Shown one piece after another: positions 62,031 through 64,000 of a stretch of DNA of 64,000 bases. Each line of letters begins with the position of its first letter. Positions within the stretch are counted from its first letter, which is position 1. The notes beneath the pieces are model-generated. The model was not told where the DNA came from and did no database searches. It worked only from the letters and a program-made list of their open reading frames with translations. This DNA is from Eremomyces bilateralis CBS 781.70 (lineage: Eukaryota). Location: assembly GCA_010015585.1 (NCBI GenBank), contig ML975152.1; one strand, written 5' to 3'. The translations under genes and the position numbers were made by a program.

Positions 62031-62160
62031 AATAGAGGTAAGAATTAATAAGTAAAAGAGACGACGGCATGTCGACCGCCAGAATGGCTGACTTGCCCCA
62101 CTGTGCACGCTTATATTAACTTAACGAACCTGACCCTATCAAAATCGCCCACTACTTTAA

Positions 62161-62400
62161 TAGGCCTCGGATGGGTGCGGTTCGAACCGCAGGGTTTGGG
62201 TTTGGGTTTGCGTAGAATGAAGAAACCCACCCCTCGCGGTTGGGGTCCGAAATCCGGCGGTTGCGGTTGGGGTTGGGGGGGTCTGTCTGTAAAACCCAAC
62301 CGCAACCGCTGCCAAAAACCGCGGGGGACCCGCGGGTTTGGTTTTTCGGCGGGTGCAGCCAACCCCAACCGCCAGATGGGTTTGGTTTCTTGGCATATAT
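62161..62400 (+). mobile_element. hAT-like DNA transposon terminus with subterminal AACC(G/C)/(C/G)GGTT repeats
   Basis: Starts TAGGCCTCGGATGGGTGCGGTT. Many GGGTT/CGGTT/AACCG units occur in both orientations. No second end is in the window. Confidence 0.55.
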
Positions 62401-62604
62401 CGGGGTACGATTAGGTTAATTGGCGCACATTTCCAGCATAATAGGCTACTATATATAATAATAAGAATCAATTTAACGTACTATCTGGATCCCTTTCGGG
62501 TCTATGAGCACGGCATTCTATCTGGTCTATCGCGGGCAAAAGTTTCCCCGTAGCCATGAGGCTGCGGGTACATAAAATCCCACCTTCTCCCCTTGGTAGA
62601 GTAT

Positions 62605-64000
62605 CTCAATCATTTTTATCATTCCGCACGAGTCGGTGTTTCCGCCTACGCGGAGAGCTTATTCTGGCACGTCGTGGAGGACCTGGAACGGTTTCCAGTC
62701 CTCTATTACCTCCTTCTCAACTTCCTTGGCTACCCGGTATTGCTCTAGGCCTCCCGCATCGATCAGCCACCTTGCTGCGTGGCGCACCTTGTCCCTGTCA
62801 TGCAAAATCCTCTTAAAGTCCGTTGTTCCAGCTCGTTGGAGGAGCGCAATCCTCTGGTCGGTCCGCTGCGGGCAAAACGCAAGGAGATGGTAGAGAGACT
62901 GTCGGGGGGCACCACACTCACACGCTGGGTGGATTCCAGGGACACCAATTTTCGCGAGCCATCCCTTAACTCCAACTACCTCAGTCCGAAGTGCCATAAG
63001 CGCCGAGGCCTCGTGTTTCTGAGGGCCATCGTACCGGTTAAGGCACTGAGTTTCCCACGGGTCCTTCTATGTCCTTGCTCTCCTTCCTGGTCTGGCCGCT
63101 TCGGCTTGCCATCTTTCCCTCCATTTCGCCCGATACTCGTCCTGGATCATCCGGTGCGGGCCTTTTCGCTGTTGTGTTCGATATCCCCTAGCTGGTTCGG
63201 GCCGGGGGAACAGGAGTCTATCATACTGGGTCCGGAGCGTACACATTGCGGGTTCAGGTTTAGACTGTTCGTCTCGGGGGAGCAGACGCAGCATCCCAGA
63301 CTTGCGTCAGGGCTCCTTCAATCTGGGTAGTGACCTTATGGGAGTTCGCCGATGCTGCTCTTTGAGCGGCCCGTTCTTGGACGTAGAGCTCGATTGGGGG
63401 AACGTCCACCTCTTTCTCAAGCGCGGCGATTGGTGTCCGTTTGTACGCCCCTAGAATCTTTCGAAGGCACTTGTTCTGAACCTTGGCCAGGTCCTTCATT
63501 TTGCCTTCAGAGATTGGCTCACCCTGCTGATCGACTCCCCAGATTGGGGCGCCGTATGTCATAATGGGCCGTGCAACTGCTGTATAAAGTAGCCTCGATT
63601 TCCGGACAGATGGTCCCCATACCGACGAGGTTACCCTCGCTAGGGAGTCAAAGGCCCTAAGTCCCCTCTGTGTTGCCCGGAGGATATGGTCCTTCCATGA
63701 GAGAGACGGGTCGAGCCAGACCCCTAGCACCCGGAGGGATGTAACCAGTTCAGCTTGGTGTCCCTGTATCTGGATCGTAGACCGGAGATCAGCGGAAGAA
63801 TTACGTTTCTTGGTGAAGTGGATAATCTGGTACTTAGCCGTGTCTCCCCAGGTAATAAGTGTAGTATCATCAACGAATCCGAACCCAAGCACGTTACCCT
63901 GAACCTCTTTGAACTGTTTTAATAGGTCAGATATAAATAGGATAAACAGCGCGGGTGATAGGGTAGATCCTTGCGGGATCCCAGTCTCCGTGTCGAACCA
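62605..64000 (-). mobile_element. Tad1-like non-LTR retrotransposon (LINE), 3' part of ORF2, degenerate
   Basis: RT motifs GIPQGSTLSP..FVDD, LGVWLD, LYTAVARPIMTYG, QNKCLR, and C-terminal zinc knuckle CECG..HLLAFCP. Internal deletion after ITWGDTA and a frameshift near 63270. Short 3' UTR. Confidence 0.9.

Noticed and set aside
62194..62210. GGGTTT repeats as interstitial telomere
   Set aside because: They are not TTAGGG, and are better explained as subterminal repeats of a hAT-like end.
1..64000. CRISPR arrays, rRNA/tRNA genes, TGA-CTA readthrough PTS1 extensions
   Set aside because: None seen by eye. The stop contexts checked (TRP1, D-LDH, ADH) lack the readthrough motif.

Overview
This is a 64-kb window of a filamentous ascomycete (Pezizomycotina; GT-AG introns, RIP-like mutations; probably Eurotiomycetes). 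It holds about 23 protein genes. Housekeeping genes are the 3' end of trifunctional TRP1/trpC, an MBP1-like APSES/ankyrin factor, complex I subunit B18 (missed by the ORF track), DNA polymerase delta, mitochondrial uL15m and cyclophilin PPIL2. Metabolic or accessory genes include a peroxisomal 4CL-like ligase and enoyl-CoA isomerase, two P450s, two LaeA-like methyltransferases, D-LDH, SurE, an ADH, an ArAE/FUSC-like transporter, and GAS1-like, LITAF and F-box genes. There are three orphans and a frameshifted BRCT-WGR pseudogene. Mobile DNA includes a full-length Fot1/pogo element (24936-26831, two nonsense codons). A nested TE cluster lies at 58.5-64 kb, with two apparently identical inverted LTRs flanking a PD-(D/E)XK-like nuclease gene, a second solo LTR, a RIP-destroyed gag, a hAT-like end and a Tad1-like LINE. 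The most unusual unexplained signal is the apparently non-coding 38.9-40.3 kb stretch. By manual pairing it folds on the minus strand into nested long-range helices. It contains two ~80-nt hairpin modules with the same motif order (CUGUAC...AGGGUUUUGUUYGAG...ACCUGUU), making it a candidate structured ncRNA, milRNA precursor cluster or regulatory leader. All assignments come from reading the sequence and recognising motifs; no searches or folding programs were run.
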